A stretch of 64,000 nucleotides of DNA from Candidatus Polarisedimenticolia bacterium (GTDB lineage: Bacteria > Acidobacteriota > Polarisedimenticolia > Gp22-AA2): positions 19,993 to 83,992 of the forward strand of contig DASYUH010000046.1 in assembly GCA_036001465.1 (NCBI GenBank). Direction: 5' to 3'. Shown piece by piece: positions 61,788 to 64,000 of this stretch. The notes below the pieces were generated by a model. The model saw only the letters and a list, made by a program, of their open reading frames with translations. It was not told where the DNA came from and ran no database searches. Made by a program: the position numbers and the translations under genes. How positions within the stretch are numbered: position 1 is the stretch's first letter; each line of letters starts with the position of its first letter.

Positions 61788-61818
61788 ATTATAGCCACAT
61801 CGGGCCGAGTCCTATAAT
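61788..61818. promoter_or_regulatory. back-to-back -10 boxes in the ankyrin/methyltransferase intergenic region
   Basis: TATAAT on the reverse strand (61793-61788) and TATAAT on the forward strand (61813-61818). This is the most AT-rich intergenic patch in the window. Confidence 0.3.
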
Positions 61819-61825
61819 CTCGTCC

Positions 61826-62506
61826 GTGACGACCTCGACGCCGCGTGCTTCGGGCGAGCTCGCGAATCTGGCGCGCCTCCTGGGCGAGCGGGCGGGCGTG
61901 ACCGGCCCGTCATCCTGGCTGATCGAGAACGCGGATCTTCTGCCGCCCGTGCCGTCGCCAGGGACGCCTGCCGGGGCGTTGCCCGCCCAGGCGCAGCGCC
62001 CTCGCGCGCTCGACGTGGCGTGCGGGTCGGGGCGGCACGCGCTCCTGCTGGCGGCCGCCGGCTTCGAGGTGCTGGCGATCGACCGGGACGCCGCGGCGAT
62101 CGAGGCGCTGCGCGCGGCGGCGGGGAGGCTGGGCCTGACGCTTCGCGCGGAAGTCCGTGATCTCGAGGCCCGCGACCGCGAGAGCGGCGGCGCCGGCCAC
62201 GGATCGATCGCGGGGCCTCTCGAGGTGGCCGGCCCCTCCACCTACGACGTGATCCTGGTCGTGCACTACCTGCATCGCCCGCTCTTCCCGGCGCTCGTGA
62301 GCGCCCTCGCCCCGGAAGGGCTCCTGCTCTACGAGACGTTCACCGTCGACCAGGCGGCACGCGGCCATCCGAAGAACCCCGACTTCCTGCTGAAGCATGG
62401 GGAGCTTCCCGGGCTGGTGGCGCCGCTCGCGATCGTCCGGCAGCGGGAGGGGGAGTTCGACGGCCGCTTCGTCGCGGCCGTGGCGGCGGTCAGAAGCCGA
62501 TCTTGA
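61826..62506 (+). CDS. class I SAM-dependent methyltransferase
   Basis: Motif I ALDVACGSGRHALLLAAAGFEVLAIDRD; post-I/II ...YDVILVVHYLHRPLF...LAPEGLLLYETF. GTG 61826 is the first in-frame start after the promoter-like box. Confidence 0.75.
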   Translation: MTTSTPRASGELANLARLLGERAGVTGPSSWLIENADLLPPVPSPGTPAGALPAQAQRPRALDVACGSGRHALLLAAAGFEVLAIDRDAAAIEALRAAAGRLGLTLRAEVRDLEARDRESGGAGHGSIAGPLEVAGPSTYDVILVVHYLHRPLFPALVSALAPEGLLLYETFTVDQAARGHPKNPDFLLKHGELPGLVAPLAIVRQREGEFDGRFVAAVAAVRSRS

Positions 62507-64000
62507 GCCCCGCCTCGATGGTGCGGGGGGGGCCGAGCTGTCCGATGGGGCGGCCGAAGCCGAACGAGGTCACCCGTCCGTCGATCGGGCCGCCGTTCCA
62601 GCGGTCGAGGGCGTTGAACACCTGGAAGAAGAATTCCCCTCCGGCGTGGCGCTCCCCCCAGGCGAATGGCCGCGAGAGCCGGAAGTCGACCTGCGCGAAA
62701 TGCGGCGGCGAGGGGATCGACTGGACCGCCGGGAGAAGCGGCAGGGAGAGCTGCCCCCTGAGGACGTTGGCATCGTCGCGGGTGAGATTGATCGGTCCGA
62801 GGGACGTGGACTCGCCGGTGTTGCGGCGCACGCCGTCCGGCCTGTCGGTGGTGATGCCGTCGACGTTCTCGTCGCGGCCGGTCGTGACGTTGAACGGTGC
62901 GGCGGTGGCGAGCTGGACGACGGTCGAGACGCGCAGGCCGAGCCAGGGGAGGCGGGCCCCGCCCGCGAGGACCAGGCGGTGGCGGCGGTCGGCGTCGCTC
63001 CGGGCGCGCTCGCCTTGGATGTTGTCCGAGTCGGGGGGGAGCCAGATCCCTTCGCGCAGCGGGTCCGAGCCCAGATCCATGGCGCGCGACAGCGTGTACG
63101 AGGCCGACCACCAGGAGTCCTTTCCCCGCAGTCGGTAGTCGATCTTCAGGCCGTTGTACCAGGATCGTCCCTCCGTCACGATGGCGGCGATCGAGCCGAC
63201 CGTGGTGTCGCGGTGATGGGGCGAGCCGTCGGCGTTCTTGCTCAGAACCGGGTTCAGGTCGCGCAGGAGCGCCTGGTGATAACCGAGGGCGCGCGTCAGG
63301 CCGGCCTCGATCGATCCCCGCGTCCCCACCGCCCAGTCGGCCCCCAGCGCGTACTCGACGGTGTACGGCGTGTCGAGCCGCGTGCCGGTCGAGAAGCGCA
63401 GGATCAGCTCGGGGGGGAAGACGAGTCCCGCCTTGACGGCGTCGATGCCGACCTGCTCGACGACGTCCTCGGTGATCTCGAGCGCCGCCCCCTGCGGGAA
63501 GAACAGGCCGATCTGGGTCCCGGAGGTGATCGAGGCGACCGCCGGAAAGCCGAGAACCAGCTTGTCGTAGAAGACCCCGGCGCCGCCGCGCAGGACGATG
63601 CGCCCCGCGGGCCGGGGCGTGAAGGCGAAGCCGAACCGGGGGGCCAGGTTGTCGGTGTCGCGATCGGCGCCGCCGTTCTCGATGAACGACGGCACGGACG
63701 TCCCCTCCGGCAGCCTGAAGGTGCTCAGGTCGTAGCGCAGGCCGTAGTCGAGGACCAGGCGCTCGCCGGCATGCCAGGAGTCCTGGGCGAAGAATCCCAG
63801 GCGAGTGTCATTGAGATCGGCGACCGGCTCCCCGTCGATGAACTGGAACACGAGCGGGTAGGTCCGGATGAGCCCGGGCTCGTCGACCTTGCCGTCGCCG
63901 TCGTCGTCGACCATCGGGGTGCCGTCGCACGGGATCGGATTGTCGCCGTAGGTCGCGACGTCGTTGGAGTTCAGGTCGCCGCAGTCCCCCGGCTCGAAGG
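62490..64000 (-). CDS. TonB-dependent receptor-like outer-membrane beta-barrel (5' end off the right edge)
   Basis: The frame stays open upstream of the track Met at 63914 to the window edge. ...LDYGLRYD...APRFGFAFTP...GGAGVFYD... and a C-terminal ...TIEAGLKIGF with terminal Phe. Confidence 0.8.
   Translation of the reverse strand, partial: FEPGDCGDLNSNDVATYGDNPIPCDGTPMVDDDGDGKVDEPGLIRTYPLVFQFIDGEPVADLNDTRLGFFAQDSWHAGERLVLDYGLRYDLSTFRLPEGTSVPSFIENGGADRDTDNLAPRFGFAFTPRPAGRIVLRGGAGVFYDKLVLGFPAVASITSGTQIGLFFPQGAALEITEDVVEQVGIDAVKAGLVFPPELILRFSTGTRLDTPYTVEYALGADWAVGTRGSIEAGLTRALGYHQALLRDLNPVLSKNADGSPHHRDTTVGSIAAIVTEGRSWYNGLKIDYRLRGKDSWWSASYTLSRAMDLGSDPLREGIWLPPDSDNIQGERARSDADRRHRLVLAGGARLPWLGLRVSTVVQLATAAPFNVTTGRDENVDGITTDRPDGVRRNTGESTSLGPINLTRDDANVLRGQLSLPLLPAVQSIPSPPHFAQVDFRLSRPFAWGERHAGGEFFFQVFNALDRWNGGPIDGRVTSFGFGRPIGQLGPPRTIEAGLKIGF

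Noticed and set aside
59800-61830. Calling the lower-GC patch a genomic island or mobile element.
   Set aside because: No integrase, transposase, tRNA target, direct repeats or phage genes are visible. The compositional shift was judged by eye only.

Overview
High-GC (about 68-70% by eye) bacterial chromosomal window. It is most likely from an Acidobacteriota-like organism; this is an inference from an ADOP-type duplicated FtsX permease, many Cys-rich MopE-motif exoproteins and the GC3-driven codon bias. I call about 58 protein genes. I found no rRNA, tRNA, CRISPR array, transposase or integrase. Housekeeping content: amtB-glnK; an oxidative pentose-phosphate operon (gnd-zwf-pgl); a purS-purQ-purL operon that runs straight into two tandem GAPDH genes, a class II aldolase and a PPi-type phosphofructokinase; and DNA repair glycosylases (family-5 UDG, AlkA-like). 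Accessory content: FG-GAP, BNR/sialidase-like, S8 protease and Cys-rich repeat exoproteins; a Ser/Thr kinase plus FHA-GAF-PP2C phosphatase module; a PilT-like ATPase with a duplicated N-domain; and a Fur-linked FTR1/FtsX/ABC metal-uptake operon. The many long Arg/Pro/Gly-rich ORFs in the six-frame track that lie antisense to, or out of frame with, recognisable genes are high-GC shadow ORFs and are not called. Best leads: (1) An exported rhodanese gene is interrupted by an in-frame TGA in the active-site region, with the conserved C-terminal part continuing in frame and a GC-rich hairpin just downstream, so it is a selenoprotein candidate. (2) An ABC ATPase carries a complete DtxR/MntR-like metal-sensor module fused to its C-terminus. 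It sits in a tightly coupled MFS-Fur-FTR1::DUF2318-FtsX-FtsX-ABC operon that resembles the Campylobacter ftr1/p19-associated system but has no P19. (3) There is a secreted protein with 11 tandem four-Cys repeats, and a PilT paralogue with a duplicated N-domain next to a tandem-domain partner protein. All family assignments come from motif recognition by eye; no database search was run.
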